Part shown: positions 1 through 9,215 of the stretch, in pieces
How positions within the stretch are numbered: position 1 is the stretch's first letter
How the letters are laid out: the number at the start of each line of letters is the position of its first letter
Assembly: GCA_042217695.1 (NCBI GenBank)
Contig: JBDGSE010000036.1
Coordinates: 1 to 52,667 of the forward strand
DNA length: 52,667 nucleotides
DNA from: Candidatus Nanohaloarchaea archaeon
Lineage (GTDB): Archaea > Nanohalarchaeota > Nanosalinia > Nanosalinales > Nanosalinaceae
Direction: 5' to 3'
Notes under the pieces: generated by a model
What the model was told of the DNA's origin: nothing
Databases searched by the model: none
The model's input: the letters and a program-made list of their open reading frames with translations, nothing else
Program-made: the position numbers and the translations under genes

Positions 1-2025
1 TCCAAGCTAGCAATACTGGCCGTCCTCACACTTCTAACCCTCGGAACCGTTTCGGGTGCTTTAAGTTGGTCGAACCCATCTAGTGGAGAAATTTTCAATA
101 CTACAACGATTGATTTAGTTGTAAACTACGATGGTTCTGGAGATGTCGGCTTCTGGTATAAAGCATCTACAGATGTTAACTATACTCATTTAGGCTATGA
201 TTCCAATAGTACCGGGACTCGTTACGCCATTCAAGATTTTAGTAAGCAATCAGGCACCTACGACTTGAAGGTGAACGCCTCTGGTACGTCAGAGACTTCT
301 ACAATCCAAGCTACTTTGGATGTGGTAAAGCCTTCTGCCAATAGCCAGGAACCTCAGGGCTTTGTTCAGGATTCGGTCACGGTTTCTGTTTCTCCGTCGG
401 ATGAGCACTCGAGCGTTGATTACACGTTCCTGAACGTGACGGATATGTCCACGGATTCACAGGTTGGCAGCACGAAAGGCACAAGTCTCGACCTTACCGA
501 TCTTGAGGATGGAGATTTCCGCGTTGACTATAAAGTTGTGGATGCCGCCGGTAATACCCGAACAGGAAGCTGGATTTTCACGGTCGACACATCGTACAAC
601 GGTGATACTGCCCCGACGGTTTCGCCGCAGCCGCAGGTGTTCCGGGTGGATGGCGATAAGGTGATGTTCGAGGTCAACCTTACGGAGAAGGACGAGGCCT
701 CTGCCATCAAGGTTCTGTGTATGAACGGGGATTCGACCATTGTCGATGCCGGATACCAGCAGGTCAACGGCTACGAGATGTACAACTGTGTGATCGATTC
801 GTCGGATTACCATGACATCGGTATCAACCTGAAGATACAGATGCAGGACCGGGCGGGTAACGCCTGGACCTACGATGTGGGAAGATACGTGTTCGATTTC
901 ACGCCGCCGGAGTTCGGCAATCTTTCCACTCCGGTGAACGTCTTCAACGATGATTTCCGGGTGGATTTCGAGGGAGGTGACGCCGCCTCCAGTATAGAGA
1001 AAGTGCATTACCAGGTTGGTGACAGCGATTTCTCGCTTTCGCAGGGTCGCAACGTCTCGGTCAGCGACGGTTTCAAGGTCTCTGTTGATGAGCTTTCGTC
1101 CGGGGACCACACGCTTTACGCCTGGGCTGTTGACAGGGCGGGGCGGTGGAGCGACCGTGCCTCTATAGAGTTCACGTATCTGCCGAACGCGCAGCCTAAG
1201 GTCGATGTATCGGCGCCTTCAGAGTTCCATGTGACGGCTGGAGAGGCCACGCAGCTGGAGGTCAATGTCACGAACACAGGACAGCTCCTGGTGAAGGACC
1301 TGAAGGTGAAGGCCGAGACGGAGCTTCTGAACGCCACGAGAACTGTAGAGTCGTTGACGCCGGAGAGCACCGCCCAGGTCAGTTTCGTTGTGAACACGGT
1401 GAAATCTGACCTCGGGGCGTACAGTGTGGAGGTCTACACGGAGAACCCGCTGTCGTCTGAAACCGTTAAACTGGTGGTCGAGGCCACTGATAGCCAGCAG
1501 CAGAAGATACAGTCGAGGTTCGAGAAATACCTCTCGAAGTACAGGAGCCTGAGATCGAACGTCACAGAGCTTATGCCGAAGCTTAACGAGCAGCGTTCCG
1601 CGGAGCTGAAGGGTAACTACACTCCCTTCAACGAAACGATGCAGAAGGCTATCCGCGCCCAGGAGAAAGGAAACTACTACCGGGTTGAATCCCTTCTCAC
1701 CAATATATCGGAGAAATACAGGTCTGCACAGTCCTCCTACCAGGACATAAGGAAGGAGCATGCGAAAGCGGTCCGGAACAAGTTCATAGGACTGTTCCTG
1801 TTGCTTGTGGTCCTCGGTGGCGGGGGAGCTGTAGGGTACTTCGTGGTCCTTGACGACGAGTACTACCTGGATGTCGAGGAGCTGAAGAACCTGGAGTTCA
1901 TAGATGAAATCCGGGAGAACGGTCTGAACACGGAACCTTTCCGGGAGGCCTACGACCGTCTCATGAACTACCTGAGGGATGAGGAGCAGGAGGCCGAAGA
2001 GTACGTTTTCAAGGGCTTTAACTAG
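1..2025 (+). CDS. Secreted/surface protein with Ig-like beta-sandwich repeats, CARDB-like domain, coiled stalk and C-terminal TM anchor (5'-truncated by window)
   Basis: Frame is open from base 1 (SKLAILAVLTLLTLGTVSGA signal-peptide-like), upstream of the 265 ORF call; repeated D.AGN/DRAG Ig-like motifs, VTNTG CARDB-like motif, hydrophobic FIGLFLLLVVLGGGGAVGYFVV near C-terminus. Confidence 0.75.
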   Translation, partial: SKLAILAVLTLLTLGTVSGALSWSNPSSGEIFNTTTIDLVVNYDGSGDVGFWYKASTDVNYTHLGYDSNSTGTRYAIQDFSKQSGTYDLKVNASGTSETSTIQATLDVVKPSANSQEPQGFVQDSVTVSVSPSDEHSSVDYTFLNVTDMSTDSQVGSTKGTSLDLTDLEDGDFRVDYKVVDAAGNTRTGSWIFTVDTSYNGDTAPTVSPQPQVFRVDGDKVMFEVNLTEKDEASAIKVLCMNGDSTIVDAGYQQVNGYEMYNCVIDSSDYHDIGINLKIQMQDRAGNAWTYDVGRYVFDFTPPEFGNLSTPVNVFNDDFRVDFEGGDAASSIEKVHYQVGDSDFSLSQGRNVSVSDGFKVSVDELSSGDHTLYAWAVDRAGRWSDRASIEFTYLPNAQPKVDVSAPSEFHVTAGEATQLEVNVTNTGQLLVKDLKVKAETELLNATRTVESLTPESTAQVSFVVNTVKSDLGAYSVEVYTENPLSSETVKLVVEATDSQQQKIQSRFEKYLSKYRSLRSNVTELMPKLNEQRSAELKGNYTPFNETMQKAIRAQEKGNYYRVESLLTNISEKYRSAQSSYQDIRKEHAKAVRNKFIGLFLLLVVLGGGGAVGYFVVLDDEYYLDVEELKNLEFIDEIRENGLNTEPFREAYDRLMNYLRDEEQEAEEYVFKGFN

Positions 2026-2366
2026 AGTATCTTCTCGGTGTCGGCGAACTCCTCTTTCAGTAGCCCCTTGTCTTTTACTGTACTGACTACCTGCGCCAGC
2101 TGGTCTGTGAACCTCTGTTCTTTTGCGGCCCGGGACGCGGCTTCGTCAAGTAAGAGTTCGACCTGCGGGTCTTCCTTCAGTTTCTCCAGTATCTCCTGGT
2201 CGGCCCGGGACCTGTTCATGTACTGGGAGACCGCGGGCTGTGTAACCCCGAGCCTCTCCGCTATCTCTGCCTGCTTGAAACCGTAGTCAGAACGGAGCTT
2301 GCGGGCCACTATACTCCTCATGGCGGGCAGCAGTTCCTCGGAGACGACCTCGACTTCGAAACGCAT
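2022..2366 (-). CDS. HTH transcriptional regulator (COG2522-like)
   Basis: LLPAMRSIVARKL..YGFKQAEIAERLGVTQPAVSQY HTH signature. Confidence 0.85.
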   Translation of the reverse strand: MRFEVEVVSEELLPAMRSIVARKLRSDYGFKQAEIAERLGVTQPAVSQYMNRSRADQEILEKLKEDPQVELLLDEAASRAAKEQRFTDQLAQVVSTVKDKGLLKEEFADTEKIL

Positions 2367-2429
2367 CGATATATTACGCTGTTATAAAACTAAAAAAGGT
2401 ACTGGGGGAGAGAACCGGGCCGGGGTACG

Positions 2430-2771
2430 TCAGTAATCGGCCTGCTGTACGTCCCGGGAGAGCTTTTCGATGTCTGCGGAGAGAGCCTCCAGCTTTCTGG
2501 AGACGCGTTCCTTCTCCTTGATGATGTTCTCCACTTTCTCGTACTTCTTCGCCGCGTTGTCCAGGTGGTGTTTCTCCACGTACGCGGCTTCTGTATCCAT
2601 CATCTGGTCTATGATCTCCTGTGCGATTTCTCCCAAAAGCAGGTTTAAACCGTAGTAGACGTTTGTCCTGACGTACTGTCCTTCCGCCGCCTTGTCGCGG
2701 ACCATCCGCTTTACCCTGGCGTGGGTGAACGGCAGGTCATCGACTTCAGTATCTTCTGGTACTTCAACCAT
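2430..2771 (-). CDS. Histone-fold protein with C-terminal coiled-coil extension
   Basis: LPFTHARVKRMVR...YV resembles histone-fold alpha1/L1; long alpha2; heptad-like C-terminal helix. Confidence 0.7.
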   Translation of the reverse strand: MVEVPEDTEVDDLPFTHARVKRMVRDKAAEGQYVRTNVYYGLNLLLGEIAQEIIDQMMDTEAAYVEKHHLDNAAKKYEKVENIIKEKERVSRKLEALSADIEKLSRDVQQADY

Positions 2772-2858
2772 GTTATCACGTAAAAACTTCCTTTTAGAAG
2801 CTTTTAATGGTTTCTAAGCTGTAAAAGAGAATTTAATCTTTGACTGGTTGTTTCAGGT

Positions 2859-3449
2859 ATGGAGTTCGAATGCACCAGGGAAGAGTTCGAGGCGATGCAG
2901 AGCCACTTCTTCCCCGGCGATAGCAAGGGTAAAGAGCTGGATCAGGACGCCCTCACGCTCGTGCTGGTGGTGCTGGGTGTGAAGAGAGGCGGGGTAGTGC
3001 ACGACCACGGGACGGAGAACTTCGAGGAGGCCCTTCGGGAATCCGGGCTTTATTACCGGACGCCACCCACCGAGGTTGAGAGGGAGTTCCCGCTGGAAGG
3101 TTTTGAATACCTCATCTCCAGGGAGAAGCAGAGGCTGGAGATGGTGGAAGAGAGTTACAGCGATAGATCCGGGTTCCGGCGGCATCTGGGTCTTTTCTGC
3201 GGTTACCCCAGCGAGGACGTGGAGTGGTATGTGCAGGAGGGCAACGGTGAATGGGTGGACTGGCGTGAAAAACCAGAGTTGAAGGAGATAGCTACCTTTG
3301 CGTTCTACCGGCCGAAACCGCAGGAGGAGAACCTGGAGCGGGCCCGGGAGCGCATGGAAAGGAACCGTCAGGCGTTGAAAGAGATGGACGAAAGGTTTGG
3401 CACGGACCTTGGCGACAGGCTCCTGAAATCCCTGGAATCCACGTTATAG
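2859..3449 (+). CDS. Hypothetical protein
   Basis: 196-aa acidic ORF, typical codon usage, TATA-like TTTAAT upstream; LGLFCGYP..DVEWY motif. Confidence 0.7.
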   Translation: MEFECTREEFEAMQSHFFPGDSKGKELDQDALTLVLVVLGVKRGGVVHDHGTENFEEALRESGLYYRTPPTEVEREFPLEGFEYLISREKQRLEMVEESYSDRSGFRRHLGLFCGYPSEDVEWYVQEGNGEWVDWREKPELKEIATFAFYRPKPQEENLERARERMERNRQALKEMDERFGTDLGDRLLKSLESTL

Positions 3450-3488
3450 ACGGTAGATATAAAATCGAGGCTGGACAAAACATTTTCC

Positions 3489-3728
3489 ATGGTGCAGCTT
3501 GTCCTGAACGCCCAGACGGTTGAACTTGTGAACAGTCTTCTGCTGGTACCTCTTCTGCTGCTGGCTATACTGCTGCTCTACCGTTTGAACCGGATATTCG
3601 AGTACGGTGAAAGTTCTGTCGAGTCACTGGAGAAGACCGCCGAGAACGTGGAGGCCTCGTCTGAGACGGTCGATGACGTGGTGGGGCTGGCCCGCAAGAT
3701 CCCGCTGGTGGGTGGTCGACGTGACTAA
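3489..3728 (+). CDS. Small single-TM membrane protein
   Basis: Leu-rich N-terminal helix followed by acidic amphipathic tail. Confidence 0.65.
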   Translation: MVQLVLNAQTVELVNSLLLVPLLLLAILLLYRLNRIFEYGESSVESLEKTAENVEASSETVDDVVGLARKIPLVGGRRD

Positions 3729-3966
3729 CGAGTTCCTGGAGGCCGCAAGAAATGCAAACAGTCAGGAGGAGAACAGCGAGGAACGTTACGAGAAACTGAA
3801 GAAGCAGGAGGCCGGCACTTCCGATACAACGCCCGCGGAGGAGCGTTTCAACGAGCTGAAGGAGAAGGCGAAGCAGGAGTTCAAGAGGAAGGAACGTGAG
3901 CGGGAAGAAGCCGAGGAAGAAGAGGAAGAGGACGGAGAAGAGAGCGACCCGTTCGTGACCTACTGA
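3721..3966 (+). CDS. Small acidic coiled-coil hypothetical protein
   Basis: GTG start overlapping previous stop, GGTGG SD upstream; internal repeat EERYEKLK/EERFNELK; poly-Glu tail. Confidence 0.6.
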   Translation: MTNEFLEAARNANSQEENSEERYEKLKKQEAGTSDTTPAEERFNELKEKAKQEFKRKEREREEAEEEEEEDGEESDPFVTY

Positions 3967-4011
3967 ACCGAATCAAAGGATTCATAACTGGTTCCCCACA
4001 GAGTTTTTTCT

Positions 4012-5190
4012 ATGGAGTTTGACCGTGTCCCCCGGATAGCAAAGTACCTTTCTGCGACTTTCCTTCTGTCCTGGTTCGGACGGTCCACGGTATGGTTTTT
4101 CCTGCCCATCTACTTCGAGCAGCATATAGCCAGTGTGTTCCTGATAGGTATAGTTATGTCCCTGCCCTCTGCTATACCCATACTCCTGGACATCCCTACA
4201 GGGAATCTCGTGCAGAGGGCGGGCGAGAAGATAGTTATCTTTCTTGGGTTGGTGGCGCAGATAGTCCCGGCCGCGCTCTACATCACTGCCGCGCCGGCGA
4301 TCCTTGTGCTTGGAAAGGCCGTGGAAGGGCTTGGAAAGGTGCTGATGTGGAACGGGGGATGGAGTCTCTCGCTCAGGAGTTCGGATGAATCGGTTGAATC
4401 CGAATCCGTCTCCGTTTTCCTGCTCGGGGTGAACCTGGCACGGATAATCGGGCCGATAATCGGCGGGTACCTGATAGCGTCCAGCGGCTTCCCCATAACG
4501 TTCAAACTGTGGATGTTCACCGCATCTCTCGCAGTGCTTGTGTTCATCGGCTATATCGGTGTCGACAGCGAGAAGCCGTTCGGCAGGTCGATGGGGGAAC
4601 TGCTCCAGAGGAAGACGTACCTGGATGACTGGCGGCATCTCCGCGACAACTGGGAGCAGATGAAGTACCCTTTCGCACTGATATTCCTCTACTCGATAAT
4701 ATTCTCATTCTACTGGCTGGCCGTCCCACTTCTCCTGAAACAGGTCGATGCAGGTTACCGGGTGATGGGTGTGATATTCGGAGTTGCAGCTATCCCGAAG
4801 GCATTCCAGTTTGTTTTCGGCGATATAGCGGACCGTTTCGGGAGGTTGAAGACTCTGCTTGTCCTCAGTGCAGGTCTGACTCCTGTGCTGGTGGCCATGA
4901 ACTTTCTGTCAGGTATAATGGTGGTCGGTGCAGCTTTCTTCGTTGCCAGACTGCTTTCCTCCGGCATGTCTCCAGCTATACACGCAGTTTTCGATGAGAA
5001 GGCTCCTGACGAGCTGGAAGGCGAACTCACGGGTTTCCTGGAGTTCTTCAAGCACTCGGGCCAGGCTCTGGGACCTTTTGTCGCGGGCACCGTTGCCTCG
5101 GTATGGAGCATAAACGTCTCGTTCCTGGCAGCCGGGGGCGTCTCCATTCTCATATTCGTGGCGTCGGTCTACGGTATAAGGAGCCAGTAA
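4012..5190 (+). CDS. MFS transporter
   Basis: About 12 hydrophobic helices; GDIADRFGR motif A. Confidence 0.9.
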   Translation: MEFDRVPRIAKYLSATFLLSWFGRSTVWFFLPIYFEQHIASVFLIGIVMSLPSAIPILLDIPTGNLVQRAGEKIVIFLGLVAQIVPAALYITAAPAILVLGKAVEGLGKVLMWNGGWSLSLRSSDESVESESVSVFLLGVNLARIIGPIIGGYLIASSGFPITFKLWMFTASLAVLVFIGYIGVDSEKPFGRSMGELLQRKTYLDDWRHLRDNWEQMKYPFALIFLYSIIFSFYWLAVPLLLKQVDAGYRVMGVIFGVAAIPKAFQFVFGDIADRFGRLKTLLVLSAGLTPVLVAMNFLSGIMVVGAAFFVARLLSSGMSPAIHAVFDEKAPDELEGELTGFLEFFKHSGQALGPFVAGTVASVWSINVSFLAAGGVSILIFVASVYGIRSQ

Positions 5191-5289
5191 TCGTCAGGTA
5201 TCCGGCCAGAGATCTCTGACGGTACCAGTCATGGATTCATGAACGGTCTGGGCCTGGATGGAAGATGTACTGTCCTGTGGATTTCAGCA

Positions 5290-6012
5290 TCAGATCCTCC
5301 CGATCTCGGGGAACTCGAACAGGCCTGCCTCCCTTGAAACCGCTACTGCTTCAAGCTCATCGATGTCGACCTGTTCCCTCAGGACAGGCGAGAGGAGCTC
5401 CTTTTGCGGCATCTCGTTTACCTGGGATCCTTCGGAGACCTGGGCGTAGGAGGGCATCACGATGATATTGCTGCCGTCCCTCATCTCGCCGTACAGGAAG
5501 CAGTCCACTTTCTCGGACACACCTATCTCGTCCTCCAGTTTCAGGGCGGGATGTTCGTGACCGATGACCAGTGTGTCGTAACCGTTTCCGACTTTCTCGT
5601 GGCCGTGGGCAAAGGTCACGCCGTCCTCGGAGTAGTTCTCCTGGAGTTCAAGGCCCTCTCTGTCAACGGTCTCCTCTATCATCGTGTCGTGGTTTCCCTT
5701 TACCAGTATGACCTCGTCAAACGTTTCTTTCGCGAACTGGAGAAATTCCTGGACCTCGCTTCTCTCCGCGTAACTTGTCCGGAACTCGTTCTTCAGGTCT
5801 CCGTTGACCAGCAACCGGGAGGCCTCTGTCTCTCTGCGGGCGTCTTCAAGCTCCTCCCTGAGGTCGTCCAGCTGGAACTCGGGGACGTAGCTGCCCATCG
5901 AGGTCATGCTGGCCTCCAGCCCCAGGTGAAGGTCGGCGATCACTATCATCTCGAGTCCTGGATGGTGGAGTGCGGGCAGAGAGTCTATGGTTTCGAACTC
6001 GAAGAGTTCCAT
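5290..6012 (-). CDS. Calcineurin-like metallophosphoesterase (COG1407-type)
   Basis: DLHLG, GDLK, GNHD, HGH, GHEHP motifs. Confidence 0.9.
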   Translation of the reverse strand: MELFEFETIDSLPALHHPGLEMIVIADLHLGLEASMTSMGSYVPEFQLDDLREELEDARRETEASRLLVNGDLKNEFRTSYAERSEVQEFLQFAKETFDEVILVKGNHDTMIEETVDREGLELQENYSEDGVTFAHGHEKVGNGYDTLVIGHEHPALKLEDEIGVSEKVDCFLYGEMRDGSNIIVMPSYAQVSEGSQVNEMPQKELLSPVLREQVDIDELEAVAVSREAGLFEFPEIGRI

Positions 6013-6049
6013 GGAGGATGTTGTGTTCGAAAACTTTTTCTCTATGTTT

Positions 6050-6907
6050 TCAGGAGTTCAGCAGGTTCCACACCGACAGGAATGACTCGAAGAAGTCCTG
6101 GCCGGTGGATAGCTGCATGTATTCGGCGCCGTGGCTGTGCGCCACTTCTTCAAGCTCCGAGATGTGTTCCTGGAGCCTTCCACGGTAACGTTCCTTTGTC
6201 CGCTTCGAGAGGTACGTCCTCAACCGGGAGTCTGATTCGGGGTCGGTCAGTATCTTGTCGCCCTCCATCCCCGGGTCAAGTTCGGTGGGGTCGAAAACAT
6301 TGACAAGCAGGGTATCGGTGTCCTGCAGGCCCTCGATACCGGACTCGATCGATTCGATATCGCTGAGGAAGTCCGAGAGGATGATGACCGCGGACTTGTT
6401 CTCGATCCTGGAGGAGTACTCTGTTACGCACCGCTCTATCCTGCTCTCCGGCGTCTTCCGTATCTCGTTCAGGGTGTCAACTATCCGGGGGAGGTTGGAG
6501 TTCCTTCTACCCGAGGATATGTCGGTCAGAGTTTCAGAGAAAACGGAGAACCGGTATCTGTCGTTCGTGTTCAGCGCCATGTAAGCCAGTGCTATCCCGA
6601 GTTTGCCGGCGTAGTCGTACTTTTTCGGGTCCCCGTAGTTCATAGAACTGCTCCTGTCAAGCAGGATGTGGAGCGTGACGCTCTTCTCCTCCTCGTACCT
6701 CTTTATGAAGTAGTCTCCGGTGCGGGCGTAAGCCTTCCAGTCTATCCTGCGTATGTCGTCGCCGGGGACGTACTGCTTGTGGTCCTTGAAAACCATCCCG
6801 TGTCCTGTTGATTCCGAGGACTGCTCTCCCTCCTGCATCTCGACGGAGTTCTTCTTCAGGGCCAGCTGGAAGCGGTCCAGCTCGTCCAGGAAATCTATCT
6901 CTATCAT
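6050..6907 (-). CDS. DUF58 / vWA-domain protein
   Basis: YVPGDDIRRIDWK, DRSSSM MIDAS, ILSDF. Confidence 0.9.
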   Translation of the reverse strand: MIEIDFLDELDRFQLALKKNSVEMQEGEQSSESTGHGMVFKDHKQYVPGDDIRRIDWKAYARTGDYFIKRYEEEKSVTLHILLDRSSSMNYGDPKKYDYAGKLGIALAYMALNTNDRYRFSVFSETLTDISSGRRNSNLPRIVDTLNEIRKTPESRIERCVTEYSSRIENKSAVIILSDFLSDIESIESGIEGLQDTDTLLVNVFDPTELDPGMEGDKILTDPESDSRLRTYLSKRTKERYRGRLQEHISELEEVAHSHGAEYMQLSTGQDFFESFLSVWNLLNS

Positions 6908-7869
6908 ACCGCGTGTACGATCTCCTCGATGACCTTGTCCTCGTCCTTGCCTTTTTTCTCGGCCTGGAAGCTGAGCCCTATCCTGTGCCTGAGAACGGGT
7001 TTGGCCATGTTGTTGACATCCGAGACTGATACATGGTTTCTCCCCTCCACGAGCGCTCGGCCTTTAGCCGCGAGTATGAGGTTTATCGTCGCCCTTGGGG
7101 AGGCGCCGTAGTCAAGGTTCTCGTTTTCCCGGGTCCTCTTCACTATCTTGATGGCCCGGTCCCTTATGTCGTCCGCGATAGGCACCTGCCGGGTGAACTC
7201 CTGCAGACGTTTCACGGAGGGTTTGGATACCACCTGTTCCAGGTCGGGATCGTAGTCGAGTTCCGAGGTAAACCGGTCCACTATCTTTCTTTCCTCGTCC
7301 TCGGAGGGGTAGTCCAGCTTCACCTTCATCATGAACCTGTCGCGCTGTGCTTCAGGCAGGGGATAGGTGCCTTCCTGGTCTATCGGGTTTTGCGTCGCCA
7401 TCACGAAGAACGGCTCCTCCAGCTTGTATGACTGGTTGCCGACTGTCACCTGTTTCTCCTGCATCGCTTCAAGCAGCGCCGACTGTGTCTTCGGAGTAGC
7501 CCGGTTTATCTCGTCGGCGAGTATCATGTTCGCGAAAATGGGGCCCTTCTGGAAAACGAACTCTGTCTCCCCGGAGGACTCATCGATTATGTGCGTCCCG
7601 GTGATGTCGGACGGCATCAGGTCCGGCGTGTTCTGGATACGTGAGAAGTCAAGCCCGACGACCTCTGAGACGGTTCTTATCATCTTGGTCTTTCCCATCC
7701 CCGGGTTGGATTCGAGAAGTATGTTGCCGTCGCAGAGGATCGAGACCAGTACCTGTTCGAGGACCTTTTCCTGGCCCACCATCACTTTCCCGACTTCTTC
7801 CCTGATTTCAGCTAGTTTCTGGTTTACTGTCTCGTACTTGCCGGCCTCGCTCTGGCTTTTTATGTCCAT
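6904..7869 (-). CDS. moxR: MoxR-family AAA+ ATPase
   Basis: PGMGKT Walker [46 protein letters not shown]. Confidence 0.95.
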   Translation of the reverse strand: MDIKSQSEAGKYETVNQKLAEIREEVGKVMVGQEKVLEQVLVSILCDGNILLESNPGMGKTKMIRTVSEVVGLDFSRIQNTPDLMPSDITGTHIIDESSGETEFVFQKGPIFANMILADEINRATPKTQSALLEAMQEKQVTVGNQSYKLEEPFFVMATQNPIDQEGTYPLPEAQRDRFMMKVKLDYPSEDEERKIVDRFTSELDYDPDLEQVVSKPSVKRLQEFTRQVPIADDIRDRAIKIVKRTRENENLDYGASPRATINLILAAKGRALVEGRNHVSVSDVNNMAKPVLRHRIGLSFQAEKKGKDEDKVIEEIVHAV

Positions 7870-7907
7870 GGAAATGATTGGACATCCTAAATATTTAAAT
7901 CCGTGAA

Positions 7908-8648
7908 TCAGCTGAAATCCTTGATCGCCAGGCTGTACCTCTTCGCCAGCGCCAGGTCCTCCTGGAGGCCTCGCGGCGCAGCCTTGAAGACTGCTTCTTC
8001 AGTGGAGCCGTATGGTATCCTGGAGGTGCCGGCCTTCGCCTCGCCCTCGATGGAGAAGTTTATATCGGCGGAGTAGTCTATCTGTTCCACGTCCCTGAAG
8101 ATGCTGGAGGAGTTCCTGAGGGTGAAGTTGTCATCACCCCCCGAGAAACGGTCGAGGAAGTCGAGGCTTGAGACCGCATCATCCCTCGAGGTTATCTGGA
8201 AATCGGTCATGCCGGATACGACGGTCAGGAAACTCAGACCTCCCACGAGCAGGATCTTCTGGATTATCCTTTTACTGGGGATGATGCTCTCCGAGGACAC
8301 TGACCGGGCGCGTGAGACCACCTCGTCGAAGAGGGCCTGTGACACCACGTTCTGCTGGTCGATGTTATCTCTCGCCGTTCTCAGGACCTCCCGGAGCTGG
8401 GGGTTCTCCTCCTCGTAGATCTCCAGCCGGTAGTTGTAGGCCCTGTAAGCGAGGTCTCCCGCTCCGAAGACCAGTGTCAGCACTGCCAGTAGAGGAGGGT
8501 TGGCGAAGGTCTCGGTCAGTCTTATCGAGAATATGAACAGTAAAAGGTTGGTGGACAGGAAGAACAGCAGCGAGTCAAGACTTGCCTGTATCAGGTTGAC
8601 CTTGATGAACTCCCGTTTGAGCTGTTTGAGCAGTTTCTCTATCTTCAC
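7908..8648 (-). CDS. Membrane protein of the archaeal MoxR/DUF58 cluster
   Basis: Three TM segments; EEENPQLREVLRTARD motif; position directly upstream of moxR. Confidence 0.65.
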   Translation of the reverse strand: MKIEKLLKQLKREFIKVNLIQASLDSLLFFLSTNLLLFIFSIRLTETFANPPLLAVLTLVFGAGDLAYRAYNYRLEIYEEENPQLREVLRTARDNIDQQNVVSQALFDEVVSRARSVSSESIIPSKRIIQKILLVGGLSFLTVVSGMTDFQITSRDDAVSSLDFLDRFSGGDDNFTLRNSSSIFRDVEQIDYSADINFSIEGEAKAGTSRIPYGSTEEAVFKAAPRGLQEDLALAKRYSLAIKDFS

Positions 8649-9124
8649 GGGTTATAACCCCATTCCTGGCATTCCGAAGCTGCGCTTTCGGTCAGGTTGG
8701 AGTCTGATGTGCAGATGAACTCCAGGCTCTCCGACAGGTTCTCGTTTCTTTCTGTCAGGTTTTTTACCCGGCTCTCCAGCATCTCTATGGTGGCGGACTG
8801 GTTCTGTATGAAACCGGTCTTGTTCTCCAGATTTGACTGCAGGCGGTCTACTTTCCGCGTCAGGTTGTTTATCCTTGCAGTGGTTTTCTCCAGGCTGCTG
8901 TTGAGGGTCTCCAGCCTTGAACTCAGGTTGGAGGTCTTCGACTCCAGGTAGTTGATCCTCTGTTTTTTCTGTTCCAGGGTGTTGCTGAGCTCTTTCTTGG
9001 TTGAAACCAGTTCCTGTAGCTGTGACTGGTAAACGACCGACATCCCGGCCAGTAGCGAAAGCACCAGCACAGTAGATATCAACAGGAAAGGGTTGAGCCT
9101 TCTCTTCAGAAGCGGTGTCTCCAT
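8645..9124 (-). CDS. Membrane-anchored extracellular coiled-coil protein
   Basis: N-terminal TM, long heptad region, 8 N-X-S/T sequons, C-terminal Cys pair. Confidence 0.75.
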   Translation of the reverse strand: METPLLKRRLNPFLLISTVLVLSLLAGMSVVYQSQLQELVSTKKELSNTLEQKKQRINYLESKTSNLSSRLETLNSSLEKTTARINNLTRKVDRLQSNLENKTGFIQNQSATIEMLESRVKNLTERNENLSESLEFICTSDSNLTESAASECQEWGYNP

Positions 9125-9215
9125 TCCGTTATCCCTCTAATCCTAGTTTCCTCCCCATTCATTTATCCTTTTATGGACTCGAGATTTTAAGTAAAACTCC
9201 GACCATCAATAACAT

